DNA of 54,995 nt from a virus (taxonomy: Duplodnaviria > Caudoviricetes): the IMG/VR virus record IMGVR_UViG_3300027418_000012, positions 1 through 54,995 of that record, one strand, 5' to 3'. The position numbers and the translations under genes are program-made. Below, one piece after another: positions 7,011 through 16,300 of the stretch; positions within the stretch are counted from its first letter, which is position 1, and every line of letters starts with the position of its first letter. The notes under the pieces were generated by a model. That model had not been told where the DNA came from and did no database searches. It saw only the letters and a list, made by a program, of their open reading frames with translations.

Positions 7011-7053
7011 AGAAGTGGTGGAGTTTTTAATAGATCTCCACTACTTCTTTTTT
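7011..7053 (+). terminator. Long hairpin/terminator immediately before tmRNA
   Basis: AGAAGTGGTGGAG/CTCCACTACTTCT followed by a T-run. Confidence 0.7.
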
Positions 7054-7058
7054 ATAAT

Positions 7059-7482
7059 GGGGCCGTATTGGTTTTGACAGATATGAGGAAGGTAGTATCA
7101 CATGTAAGCCTTGGAACAGGTAAACAAGTTCTAAACAATAACCGTAAAGAGTCAATCTGAGCGTGTTGCAGAAGGTGAAGCTATCTTAGCTTCTATCTTT
7201 GCTTCTGAGTATGCATTAGCAGCTTAGGCAACTGGGTGGTAACAACCTGGAAACAGAAAGTTACAAATGTTTTCTCTGTTATGTCAAAACAGAGTGGTGG
7301 ATGGTAAGCAGAACCTGCGTACCCCAATTTACTGATCAAGATGAAGCTTCGGACTGTAGTAAATACGCAAGCTTGAAACATAGGAAACGCTACAGCAAAT
7401 TCCTATATCAAATAGATCTAAGCATGTAAGAACGGTATTATTGTCACGTATTTGGACAGGGGTTCAACTCCCCTCGGCTCCA
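7059..7482 (+). ncRNA. ssrA: tmRNA (transfer-messenger RNA)
   Basis: 5' GGGGCCG...TTTTGAC; 3' GACAGGGGTTCAACTCCCCTCGGCTCCA T-arm and acceptor with G3-U70 Ala identity pair; tag ORF 7144-7227 VKSQSERVAEGEAILASIFASEYALAA*; CCA not encoded. Confidence 0.95.
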
Positions 7483-7545
7483 CACATTAAAAACAACATT
7501 ATGAGAGGTAGTAAATATCCTTATTATAAACAAAAAAACAACCAT

Positions 7546-7722
7546 ATGCAAGATGTAGTATTCAAAGTGTATCAAGTATTTTATACTAAACCTGCTAAGA
7601 AAAGAAGAAAAGCATTAAGTATTATGCTTAAATGGTGCTTTAAAGAATACATTAAGACTTTTAAAAAGGAAGAAATTCCATTAAATGTAATGACAAATGA
7701 GATCGTTAAGCTTGATGATTAA
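7546..7722 (+). CDS. Small basic hypothetical protein
   Basis: The ORF-track start (7441) overlaps the tmRNA. ATG 7546 has a typical A-rich leader (7501 is also possible). Confidence 0.5.
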   Translation: MQDVVFKVYQVFYTKPAKKRRKALSIMLKWCFKEYIKTFKKEEIPLNVMTNEIVKLDD

Positions 7723-7827
7723 ATACTTTATGCTTTTTACTATAGCATATATAGCCTTGTGGATACTGGCCATATTACAATTAATAAATGAAGCTTTTGT
7801 TTCTTTAATAAATAAATTAAAAAATAT

Positions 7828-8046
7828 ATGGACCAAGAACTAGACCCAATAAATCATGGGCACTATATAGAGTTGATAGACAGAGTACATGTAATGGCTT
7901 CTAACATAGAAGATCATTTAATTAATCACCGCTTGACAGCTGATGTAGCAGAATTAAAAGATCATTTTGAGAAAGCTCAAGAGTCTCTTATGAATGCATA
8001 CCAACTAATAGGTAATATAATGCCAGATAATGACAGAGTATACTAA
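7828..8046 (+). CDS. Hypothetical protein (72 aa)
   Basis: ORF in co-oriented gene run. Confidence 0.7.
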   Translation: MDQELDPINHGHYIELIDRVHVMASNIEDHLINHRLTADVAELKDHFEKAQESLMNAYQLIGNIMPDNDRVY

Positions 8047-8593
8047 ACTACCCATACCTAAAGATACGGCATGGGATACAGCAAGATTTAAATGGGGTAG
8101 ATATATCCATTGGCGTATTAGATACTTCTTTCAAGGAGTATGGAATATAATACGATGGATGCCAACTATCTTTCATGATAAAGATTGGGATGATTATTAC
8201 ATTACTAAGATGCTACAAAAGAAACTTGAGTTTCATAGAGCTCATCTAGTATCAGAGAATAGACATGTAAATATAGATAGAGATAACTACTGGATGACAG
8301 TGGTACTTAATCTTTTAGAACGTAAACATACAGAATACTATCAAATGGAACGTTATGACTATATGGTACATGGCCCAGAACTATTTGATGATTTAATATC
8401 AGACACTCTTGATGAGTATATAGCTAAATATGGTAGTGCTAAACGTGCAGCTATTAAAAAGTATGCTAAAAATAACCCACGTCTTAATGATAAGGAATCT
8501 ATATCATTTTATATGTGTACTATACGTCAACAGAAAGCTGATGATCTAATATTTGAGATTCTTAAAAGACATTCTGCCGAATGGTGGGATTAA
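8030..8593 (+). CDS. Conserved-type phage hypothetical protein (187 aa)
   Basis: Trp-rich, with DKDWD and C-terminal WWD motifs. Confidence 0.75.
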   Translation: MTEYTKLPIPKDTAWDTARFKWGRYIHWRIRYFFQGVWNIIRWMPTIFHDKDWDDYYITKMLQKKLEFHRAHLVSENRHVNIDRDNYWMTVVLNLLERKHTEYYQMERYDYMVHGPELFDDLISDTLDEYIAKYGSAKRAAIKKYAKNNPRLNDKESISFYMCTIRQQKADDLIFEILKRHSAEWWD

Positions 8594-8604
8594 ATTTATA
8601 AATT

Positions 8605-9156
8605 ATGACAGAAGAACAATATATAGAACTAAAAGATAAATACCTTACAAATATTAAAAGGTATATGATACAAGAAGGAGGACTATTCTCTCACATCAGC
8701 GTATTTGCTGAAAAGTTAGGATATGATGAAGATGATGATCAAGAAACTAAAAATGCTATTATTCATATTCCTCTACCTACAAAGATTGCTAACTCAGATG
8801 AAGGCAAAGAGTACTTTGTTACCAAAATGATACCTGATATAGCTAGTTCATTAAAAGAAGGTTTTACAACAACAGGTGTAGCCTGGGCTTCCGAAGCTTG
8901 GTTAAGATCTTCTCATATAGATGATAAACAACCAGAGAACTGGAAAGATATGCCTATAAAAAAAGAGGTGTTAATGGTATCTATGGAGTCTGCATTTGGT
9001 AATGAAACCAGTGTCTACGAAATAGTACGTAATGGAATGAAGGTAACCGAGGAAGGGTTATCTGACACAATTGAATTAATTAAGGACGAAGAGCTTAGTG
9101 GTGAAAACCTCAATTTTGAAGGTAGATTCACCGGCCTTTATAAAAAATTTATATAA
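8605..9156 (+). CDS. Hypothetical protein (183 aa)
   Basis: ORF with SEAW...KKEVL motif. Confidence 0.75.
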   Translation: MTEEQYIELKDKYLTNIKRYMIQEGGLFSHISVFAEKLGYDEDDDQETKNAIIHIPLPTKIANSDEGKEYFVTKMIPDIASSLKEGFTTTGVAWASEAWLRSSHIDDKQPENWKDMPIKKEVLMVSMESAFGNETSVYEIVRNGMKVTEEGLSDTIELIKDEELSGENLNFEGRFTGLYKKFI

Positions 9157-9320
9157 TGATTAAATGGATTAAGGACTTATTTAAATCAACAAGAGTTAAA
9201 GAACTTGAACAGCATATTTCTGTTTTAGAAAGAGAACTTTTAAAAAGACAGGAAGATATTAATAAAACCAATGCTTATTGGAAAAGAAAGATGCATAACC
9301 TAAAAAAGAGAGAGGATTAG
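9156..9320 (+). CDS. Small coiled-coil hypothetical protein (54 aa), not in ORF track
   Basis: TAATG stop/start overlap with the previous gene. Confidence 0.6.
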   Translation: MIKWIKDLFKSTRVKELEQHISVLERELLKRQEDINKTNAYWKRKMHNLKKRED

Positions 9321-9412
9321 TATATTATAGCTCTATTATCCAACCTATTAGTAATCAAGTGATTGTAAATTGAGCTTTAGTAAGTAGTTTTATAGCAAAT
9401 AATACTATAACT

Positions 9413-9670
9413 ATGATTTATCAATTACCAAACGGAAAGGTAATAGAGATAAGTACAGAACAATATTTTGAGATGTCCGATGAAGAGTTTGAATATTTAG
9501 TAGCTTATAACTATGGTGAGATTGTTGAAAATCCATGGTTTGGCTCAGTGATAAGTAAAGCAGATAATTCTAAAGAAGATGTTACAGAGACTGTTCCTGA
9601 CTTAACAGATATCCCCTTATCAGAAAAACTTGTTAATCCTGATCTTGATATGCAAAGAGAAGAAGAATAG
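9413..9670 (+). CDS. Acidic hypothetical protein (85 aa)
   Basis: ORF followed by terminator. Confidence 0.75.
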   Translation: MIYQLPNGKVIEISTEQYFEMSDEEFEYLVAYNYGEIVENPWFGSVISKADNSKEDVTETVPDLTDIPLSEKLVNPDLDMQREEE

Positions 9671-9693
9671 AACAATTTTAATTATTACACACG

Positions 9694-9727
9694 TCCCCTA
9701 GGTTTATAATCTAGGGGATTTTTTTTT
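9694..9727 (+). terminator. Rho-independent terminator
   Basis: TCCCCTAGGTT/AATCTAGGGGA followed by T9. Confidence 0.85.
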
Positions 9728-9746
9728 ATTTTTAAATATAACAAAC

Positions 9747-10217
9747 ATGAGCAGCGTAAAAGTGGTAGCAGATGAAAACCAAAATGTCCTTTTCATCTCA
9801 GAAAACAATCCAGAGTATGGATGGATCTTTGTAGAGCAAATTGCTACACAAATTGAAAACGGTTGGTTAAGAAATGTAAGACGTAAAGCCCGTATTATGG
9901 GTAAAGTGTCTGACTTACAAGAATTAGGTTACACTACAGATAGTGATTTACCTGGAAAGATCATTGTAAAAGAATCTTTCACTCCATTTAATTTAGAGAA
10001 CCCAGATCGTGATCTTAAGATTGCTGGTAGCACTGGAATTATATGCAGAGTAGATGATCAAGCAATATATAGACAAACTTTTTACACGTCAAATGAGAAC
10101 TTACAAGATGAATTAATTTCTCATACTAATACGTTAGAAATCAAAGAGGTTATGAACGCTCAAAAAGCTATTAACTCATTGAATATCAGTAAAGTATCAA
10201 CTTCAGTAGAATTATAA
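9747..10217 (+). CDS. Hypothetical protein, possible ssDNA-binding (beta-rich) protein
   Basis: Monocistronic between two terminators, beta-strand-rich. The functional call is tentative. Confidence 0.6.
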   Translation: MSSVKVVADENQNVLFISENNPEYGWIFVEQIATQIENGWLRNVRRKARIMGKVSDLQELGYTTDSDLPGKIIVKESFTPFNLENPDRDLKIAGSTGIICRVDDQAIYRQTFYTSNENLQDELISHTNTLEIKEVMNAQKAINSLNISKVSTSVEL

Positions 10218-10225
10218 TTTAATAG

Positions 10226-10255
10226 AAAAAGGGCTAGGTAATCTAGTCCTTTTTT
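10226..10255 (+). terminator. Rho-independent (bidirectional-looking) terminator
   Basis: AAAAAGGGCTAGG/TCTAGTCCTTTTTT. Confidence 0.8.
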
Positions 10256-10288
10256 CTTATATTTACTAATCACATAATACATCATAAC

Positions 10289-10807
10289 ATGTACAATCAT
10301 CACAAAACCGTATCTGCTAACTCTAGAGGAATCATTATTTCTTTCAGAGATATCAACAAACATAAGTTTATGGCTTATGACAACCAGTACGTAAATGACC
10401 TTCAATTAAAAGGTAGATCAAAATACCAGCAAATTGAACCACCAGTGTTTAACTTTAAACAACAACAGATTTATTCTGAAGCTGTGTATGGTCTTAACAT
10501 ATTTACTAAAGAAGATTTACAAAAAATGCCGGCTACTAAAAAGTCAGCAATCCTTAATCATTTTAATAAAGTGCAAAGGTTTTTAAATGCATGGAAACAA
10601 GAGATAGTTAGTATCAAAGTTGATTCTTTTCTATTAAAGCTATTTCCACGATCATCTGTTATAAAACACATGGTTGAAATTAAAGGGTCAGACGACACTT
10701 TAAAAGATAAACATTCATTTAAAGAACTTGGCATTAGTAAAAAGATGATAGCTAACAAGCTAATAGAAGCTAGATTATTACCAAAAGAATTTTTTAAACT
10801 CACGTAA
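10289..10807 (+). CDS. Hypothetical protein (172 aa)
   Basis: Long ORF, A-rich leader. Confidence 0.75.
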   Translation: MYNHHKTVSANSRGIIISFRDINKHKFMAYDNQYVNDLQLKGRSKYQQIEPPVFNFKQQQIYSEAVYGLNIFTKEDLQKMPATKKSAILNHFNKVQRFLNAWKQEIVSIKVDSFLLKLFPRSSVIKHMVEIKGSDDTLKDKHSFKELGISKKMIANKLIEARLLPKEFFKLT

Positions 10808-10811
10808 ACTT

Positions 10812-11021
10812 ATGCAAAATATATTTGTAACAGAAAATGACGTTCAGCTTGTATTAGTGCCTGAAAATGAATTAGATAGACTATTAATCAATAAACTACT
10901 AGATAATGGTCCAGTAGAAATTATTAGAGTTAGTCAACCTATAGGCGTTATGGGACAATCTATACAAGATGGTGTTATTATTAAAAGAAAAGTAATGTTA
11001 GATGATTCAAGCAAAGCTTAA
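10812..11021 (+). CDS. Hypothetical protein (69 aa)
   Basis: Tightly packed ORF. Confidence 0.65.
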   Translation: MQNIFVTENDVQLVLVPENELDRLLINKLLDNGPVEIIRVSQPIGVMGQSIQDGVIIKRKVMLDDSSKA

Positions 11022-11409
11022 AACATGTGCAGGTTGTAATGAGCCTAAACACATTTGGAAATCAGATGGCAAAGATAAATACTGTAAGGAGTGCTGGTAT
11101 AAAGTCCAGCCTCCAAAAGGTATGCCTAAGCAAACCAAAAAACCTAATCCCATTAGTGTAAAAATGAAACAAACAGTAGATGAGTATTCTAAGCTTAGAA
11201 ACTTATTTATGATAGCTAATCCCAGTTGTAAAGCTGCGTTAGTAGGCTGTACAATAATTGCTACAGATGTTCATCATAAAACAGGACGTGGAGAAAATCA
11301 TTTAAAAGTCAGCACTTGGCTTCCAGTGTGCAGATCATGCCACTGTTGGATTGAGGAAAATCCTAATGAAGCTAAAGAACTTGGCTATTCAGAAAATCGT
11401 TTAAATTAA
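11002..11409 (+). CDS. HNH-like zinc-binding nuclease (NinG/Ref-like)
   Basis: CxxC pairs, DVHH...GRG...VCRSCH motif. Confidence 0.7.
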   Translation: MIQAKLKTCAGCNEPKHIWKSDGKDKYCKECWYKVQPPKGMPKQTKKPNPISVKMKQTVDEYSKLRNLFMIANPSCKAALVGCTIIATDVHHKTGRGENHLKVSTWLPVCRSCHCWIEENPNEAKELGYSENRLN

Positions 11410-11414
11410 ATTTT

Positions 11415-11633
11415 ATGCAAAATTGCCCAAAATGTTCACAAGAAGGTAAATTTCTAACAAGCCCGTTTCAAGTAGTTGGTAAAACTTATTACAAAATTGA
11501 CAAAGATACTTTTTTGTGTTACAGACACTGGTATCAATCAAAAAAACGTAAATATCAGATTTCAGGAGACTATTATTCTATTATAAGAGAAATAAACAAA
11601 CCTGAATATTTACAAGAGAACTATCTAAAATAA
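11415..11633 (+). CDS. Small zinc-finger-like hypothetical protein
   Basis: CPKC...CYRH. Confidence 0.55.
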   Translation: MQNCPKCSQEGKFLTSPFQVVGKTYYKIDKDTFLCYRHWYQSKKRKYQISGDYYSIIREINKPEYLQENYLK

Positions 11634-11642
11634 AACTAGTTT

Positions 11643-11924
11643 ATGGAAAAAACATGGGATGAAATTAGAGACAGCTACAGAATGGCAGCAGTCCATTTTG
11701 CTAACAGATACAACGAGCAAGTATCTGAACACATTATTGATGTTATGATATCAACAATGATGACTAAAGACAGCGTTTTACATGGCGGAAGCTTTGTACA
11801 AGCAGTAATTAACAACGATTTAAAGGATGCAATCAGTAGAGCTGATACAGAATGCCTTAAGCATTTAAGAATCATCACACTATGTGCAAACTTTTGTAAC
11901 GTACAATATGAAATGAACTACTAA
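11643..11924 (+). CDS. Hypothetical protein (93 aa)
   Basis: GGSFVQAVINNDL..A..RAD motif; TAATG overlap with the helicase gene. Confidence 0.7.
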   Translation: MEKTWDEIRDSYRMAAVHFANRYNEQVSEHIIDVMISTMMTKDSVLHGGSFVQAVINNDLKDAISRADTECLKHLRIITLCANFCNVQYEMNY

Positions 11925-13027
11925 TGAGTAAAAGAGAAATTATTCAACAGGAAGCCTTAGATATGGCTATTAAACACAAACGTTGTGGTCTTGGTATATC
12001 TATGGGTGTTGGTAAAACTCTTATAGGATTAAAATACATAGATCATTTCAGAAAAGATAATAAGCTTAGGGTGCTAGTAGTAGCCCCTAAACTTTCTATA
12101 TTTGAATCATGGAAAGATGATGGAACTAAATTTGATATAAATGTAGATGATTTAGAATTTACTACATACTTATCACTTAATAAGTTTAACCCTAACAACT
12201 ATGATTTAGTAGTGCTAGATGAGTGTCATAGTTTACTAGACTCTCATGAAATCTTTCTAGCTAACTACACTGGTAAAATATTAGGCCTTACAGGCACGCC
12301 TCCTAGATATACAAAATCAGAGAAGGGTCAGATGGTCTTTAAATATTGCCCAATAAGTTATAAATACATCACTGATGATGCTGTAGACGATGATATTCTT
12401 AATGACTATAGAATTATAGTACATAAAATGCCTATTGGTACAAGTAGTAATATGCTTGTACAATTAAAAGATAAACAGTTTTATACATCAGAGAAAAAAA
12501 ACTATGAGTATTGGACTAAAAGAATAATGGATTCTCAATCTAAAAAGCAAGAGCAAATAGCTTCTGTAATGAGGATGAGAGCTTTAATGAATTTTAAAAG
12601 TAAAGAAGAGTATGCTAAACTTTTATTAAATGATATGGAAGACAAGTGTTTAGTATTTTGTAATACACAAGAACAAGCAGATAGAATCTGTAAACAGTCT
12701 TATCATTCTAATAACCCCGACTCTGAAGATAACCTACAAGAATTTAAAGATGGTAACATCTCTGAATTGTCATGTGTAATGCAGCTTAATGAAGGTGTAA
12801 ACATACCTAATCTTAGAGCTGGAATAATTATGCATGCCTACGGTAATGAGCGTAAAGCTAATCAGCGTATTGGTAGACTCTTAAGACTTAACCCTGATGA
12901 TACAGCGTATATACATATACTATGTTATTCAGGTACAGTGGACGAGCGTTGGGTGGCAGAAGCACTTAGAGATTTAGATCCTAGAAAAATTAAATACTTT
13001 GACGTAAACCTAGAAGATTATGAGTAA
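11924..13027 (+). CDS. Superfamily 2 DExH helicase
   Basis: MGVGKT (Walker A), DECH, GLTGTP, EGVNIP and QRIGRLLR motifs. Confidence 0.9.
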   Translation: MSKREIIQQEALDMAIKHKRCGLGISMGVGKTLIGLKYIDHFRKDNKLRVLVVAPKLSIFESWKDDGTKFDINVDDLEFTTYLSLNKFNPNNYDLVVLDECHSLLDSHEIFLANYTGKILGLTGTPPRYTKSEKGQMVFKYCPISYKYITDDAVDDDILNDYRIIVHKMPIGTSSNMLVQLKDKQFYTSEKKNYEYWTKRIMDSQSKKQEQIASVMRMRALMNFKSKEEYAKLLLNDMEDKCLVFCNTQEQADRICKQSYHSNNPDSEDNLQEFKDGNISELSCVMQLNEGVNIPNLRAGIIMHAYGNERKANQRIGRLLRLNPDDTAYIHILCYSGTVDERWVAEALRDLDPRKIKYFDVNLEDYE

Positions 13028-13415
13028 TCACTTAACAGGAAAATTTATAAAGAAAGGAGGAAAACTAGACTTTAGTAGTTTAGCGTCATCTAAACAGTTT
13101 GAATTATTTGTATCAAGTGTACCTGAACATAGCATAGTGGAGTTTTTCTACGAAGTTACTCATGATGATGGTACGCTTCCTCAGCTAGCCAAGTTACATG
13201 TAATGCTAAAACAATTAGCAACACATATTGGTGAGACTGTAGAGAATATGAAACTACTAGTAAAAGATAGAGCTGGTCTATGCATAGCCAGAGAGGTTGC
13301 AGGTAAAGAATACTTCTTAGCAAAAAGCTTTGCAGAATGTTCTAAAGATGAACTATCCCTTGCTATACAAGCAGCAATAGAAATTAGCCACGAGGTAAAC
13401 CATCCTCTAGTGTAG
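13020..13415 (+). CDS. NinB/Orf-like recombination accessory protein
   Basis: T..Q.AKLH.M...LA...G.T...MK and KSFAECSKDE patterns. Confidence 0.55.
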   Translation: MSNHLTGKFIKKGGKLDFSSLASSKQFELFVSSVPEHSIVEFFYEVTHDDGTLPQLAKLHVMLKQLATHIGETVENMKLLVKDRAGLCIAREVAGKEYFLAKSFAECSKDELSLAIQAAIEISHEVNHPLV

Positions 13416-13683
13416 GAGCTTCTAGTTCTTCTTGAACAGTTAATCCTTTACTATGAGCTACCACTTCTAAGTGTCTTACAAAAAAAGATAGAAATGCAAA
13501 GTGTTCAATCCATTCTTCAGGATATTGATTCTTTAGAATAAGATCTTGAGCCTTAGTAATTTCTTCTTCAGTTTTACCTTCTATAACATATAGAAGTAGC
13601 TTTTGTAAGTTAATTAAAGTGTTACCTCCCACCTCAATAGGAAATGTAGTATCTCTTTTAATTGCTGTATAAGTATTAGCCAT
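13384..13683 (-). CDS. Hypothetical protein on opposite strand (99 aa)
   Basis: Fills the gap between + strand genes and has its own TAnnTTTG element. Confidence 0.7.
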   Translation of the reverse strand: MANTYTAIKRDTTFPIEVGGNTLINLQKLLLYVIEGKTEEEITKAQDLILKNQYPEEWIEHFAFLSFFVRHLEVVAHSKGLTVQEELEAPTLEDGLPRG

Positions 13684-13700
13684 AGGTATATTTATTTATA

Positions 13701-13708
13701 CAAAAATA
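13701..13708 (-). promoter_or_regulatory. Bacteroidota -7 element for the minus-strand gene
   Basis: Reverse complement TATTTTTG, 17 nt upstream of ATG 13683. A second TAAATTTG lies at 13711-13718. Confidence 0.5.
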
Positions 13709-13717
13709 ATCAAATTT

Positions 13718-14434
13718 ATGTTACAAACTGTGGATCTTGCAGATATAAAATGCAAATTAATAGAAAAATTGAAACCATCAGGTTGGTCAAGTAAGCTTAA
13801 AGGCTTTGTACAATCATCTGATTTTGATAAGATTTTACAGAATTTATATGATTTAAGAGAGGCAGGTAAAAGATTTACTCCTCCTCTAAAACAAGTTTTT
13901 AGAGCATTTGAAGAATGCCCCGTAGACAAACTACGTGTAATTATAATAGGACAAGATCCTTATCCTCAGCTAGGTGTAGCAGACGGGTTAGCTTTCTCAT
14001 GTGGTAGCACAGAAAAACCTCAACCAAGTCTACGAAACATGTTTGAGGCCATAGAACAGACAGTATATCAAGAATTTCCTACTTATCAAGATCCAAATCT
14101 TACAAGATGGGCTAACCAAGGAGTGTTATTAATAAATAAAGCACTTACTTGTGAAGTTGATAAGGTGGGCTCTCACTATGATGTATGGAATGAGTTTTTA
14201 ATGTATGTATTAGATATACTAAACTTTACAGACAGCGGTTTAATCTTTGTATTACTAGGTAAACCAGCACAAGAGTTAGAAAGTTTAATAGGACCTAATC
14301 ACTACATTATTAAAGCTAGTCATCCTGCATCAGCAGCTTATACTAAAACAGTATGGGATTGCAAAGATCTTTTTAATCAGGTTAATGAGATTATTACAAA
14401 ATGTAATGGTCCACAATTCACAATCAGTTGGTAA
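13718..14434 (+). CDS. ung: Uracil-DNA glycosylase, family 1
   Basis: GQDPYP, GLAFS, PSL.N, WANQGVLL.N and SHP motifs. Confidence 0.95.
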   Translation: MLQTVDLADIKCKLIEKLKPSGWSSKLKGFVQSSDFDKILQNLYDLREAGKRFTPPLKQVFRAFEECPVDKLRVIIIGQDPYPQLGVADGLAFSCGSTEKPQPSLRNMFEAIEQTVYQEFPTYQDPNLTRWANQGVLLINKALTCEVDKVGSHYDVWNEFLMYVLDILNFTDSGLIFVLLGKPAQELESLIGPNHYIIKASHPASAAYTKTVWDCKDLFNQVNEIITKCNGPQFTISW

Positions 14435-14452
14435 TCAACTAAAAACAATTTT

Positions 14453-14872
14453 ATGGCAATTCAAAAAGAAAACGTGTCAATTGATGTCCAAGACATCATT
14501 GAATTATTACACAGTGGTTACACTTGGTTTAAGAAAGATGATCTTGGCTACGGCTCTATTCAAGAGAAGTTTAACGCTCTAGATATTCATATTAAGACTA
14601 TCCAGAAGCATCCTGAATTAGCAAATGTAGATACAATAGCTAAGGTATTTGTAATTACTAATAGAAATAAAACAGATAATGGATCAACAACCACCAATGA
14701 CATTAGTGTCAAACGAGATGAGATCAATTTGGGGGGCTTACCTAAGACTGATGACAGGAATACAAGATCTACAGATACAAGCATCCTATCTCAAGTCAAC
14801 AACGGAACTCCTGGAACTAGCACAGCAGAAAGTAGTGAACAAAATGATCTCTCAGCCTTTGCCAATCTCTAA
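14453..14872 (+). CDS. Hypothetical protein with disordered C-terminus
   Basis: ORF between ung and the ATPase. Confidence 0.7.
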   Translation: MAIQKENVSIDVQDIIELLHSGYTWFKKDDLGYGSIQEKFNALDIHIKTIQKHPELANVDTIAKVFVITNRNKTDNGSTTTNDISVKRDEINLGGLPKTDDRNTRSTDTSILSQVNNGTPGTSTAESSEQNDLSAFANL

Positions 14873-14876
14873 TCCT

Positions 14877-16277
14877 ATGAAACCTTTAAGACCTAGTCCT
14901 ACAATGAGTGCAACACAGTTTGCTGTAGGACGTCAATTAATAGGTAATGATAATAATATATGGGAAGTAACTGCTACATCAGCAGGTATACACAGATGGG
15001 TAAAAGCTAAATATGTTCAATCAGGTACTTTTCATCCTAGTGCATTTAACATACCTAGTACACAGATATCAAATATTAGCATTGACCCCAATGCTCAACA
15101 ATCATTTAAATACAAACAAAATAACATGTCTAAAGTAAAATCTATTACAAAAAAATCTACTCAAGAAGTGAGAACAATTGACACCTCTTTAATTAATAAA
15201 GAAGAAGTGTTTAAAATGCTAGCATTAGCAGAAGCTACAGGCTTACCCTGCTTATTAGTAGGTGCACCAGGTGTTGCTAAAACTAAAACTATAATTGACT
15301 ATGCTAAAGCATGGTTAAACAGAGACGGTAATATGACCGCAGAAGATTTTGCTAATAAAATCTACATACTAGAGACTGACGAAGGTACTAAAGCATCAGA
15401 GATTAAGGGTATGCCTGACTTAGGTAAGTTATTCACTGATAACAAGTATGAGCTTAACACTCCTATTGCTGATGCAGAGATTGTAATCATCAACGAGGTG
15501 GATAAAGCTAGCTCTGGTATCCGTAATGCTATGCTAGGTGTAATGAACGAGAAGTTCTTATTCAACGGTAAGCACAAGATCCCATGTAAGTGGAAGTTAT
15601 TTGTAGCTACCTGTAATGAGATTCCTAAAGATGAGACAGGATCTCCTTTCTGGGACCGTTTTATGTTGAAGATGACTGTAAATCGTGTATCTGCAGGTGA
15701 ATTAGCTAAATATTTTAGCAAAGGAGCTCGTAACTACAGAGAGAAGTTTTCTATTGGTGTACCTAATAAGCAAGAAATTGAGAGTTTAGAAGTACCGGCA
15801 AATAAATTAGAGAAATATCTTGAGGTGGGTTATCAGCATAGCTCAGATCGTACATTAACATTTGTACCTAGTCTGACTAAAGCAGTTAGTTACATTTGGG
15901 ATATCAGTCTTGATAAAGCTCTTGTAAAAACAGCTCAGATTATGATCTCACAAAATGCAGGTTCAGAATTACAAAACAAGTTGATGAGTCCAGAAGTTAA
16001 GGCAGTTATGTCTAAGGTAGAGATGTTACATTCTCATAGCTCTAATGAGCAATTAGAACTAGCTATAGCTGAAATTGAAAGCTTAATCAATACTTATACA
16101 TCTCGTGGTATTATGGATGAAGGTCAAGTAGACGAAATAGAATTATCTATGCAGTATATTTTACAAAATCACCCAGCTAGAGAAACTCAATTGACTGAAG
16201 ATTTTGAAGCTATGATGTCTGAAGCAGAAGTATTTGCTGATGTAGCACTTCAAAATGGTTCTAGTAATCCTTTCTAG
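14877..16277 (+). CDS. MoxR/RavA-family AAA+ ATPase with N-terminal extension (alternative start 15126)
   Basis: GAPGVAKT Walker A, IINEVDKA Walker B, NEK, ATCNEIP, WDRF; adjacent VWA gene. Confidence 0.85.
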   Translation: MKPLRPSPTMSATQFAVGRQLIGNDNNIWEVTATSAGIHRWVKAKYVQSGTFHPSAFNIPSTQISNISIDPNAQQSFKYKQNNMSKVKSITKKSTQEVRTIDTSLINKEEVFKMLALAEATGLPCLLVGAPGVAKTKTIIDYAKAWLNRDGNMTAEDFANKIYILETDEGTKASEIKGMPDLGKLFTDNKYELNTPIADAEIVIINEVDKASSGIRNAMLGVMNEKFLFNGKHKIPCKWKLFVATCNEIPKDETGSPFWDRFMLKMTVNRVSAGELAKYFSKGARNYREKFSIGVPNKQEIESLEVPANKLEKYLEVGYQHSSDRTLTFVPSLTKAVSYIWDISLDKALVKTAQIMISQNAGSELQNKLMSPEVKAVMSKVEMLHSHSSNEQLELAIAEIESLINTYTSRGIMDEGQVDEIELSMQYILQNHPARETQLTEDFEAMMSEAEVFADVALQNGSSNPF

Positions 16278-16300
16278 TATAATCTTTTAAATAAAGTAAA

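Noticed and set aside
6400-7050. CRISPR array or tRNA cluster
   Set aside because: No regularly spaced direct repeats, and no cloverleaf or TTCGA T-loops outside the tmRNA.
7193-7500. ORFs 7193..7381 (-) and the 7441 TTG start
   Set aside because: They overlap the tmRNA and are artefacts.
14679-14876. 532-aa start of the ATPase at 14679
   Set aside because: Overlaps the 14453..14872 gene by ~190 nt. ATGs at 14877 and 15126 have better context.
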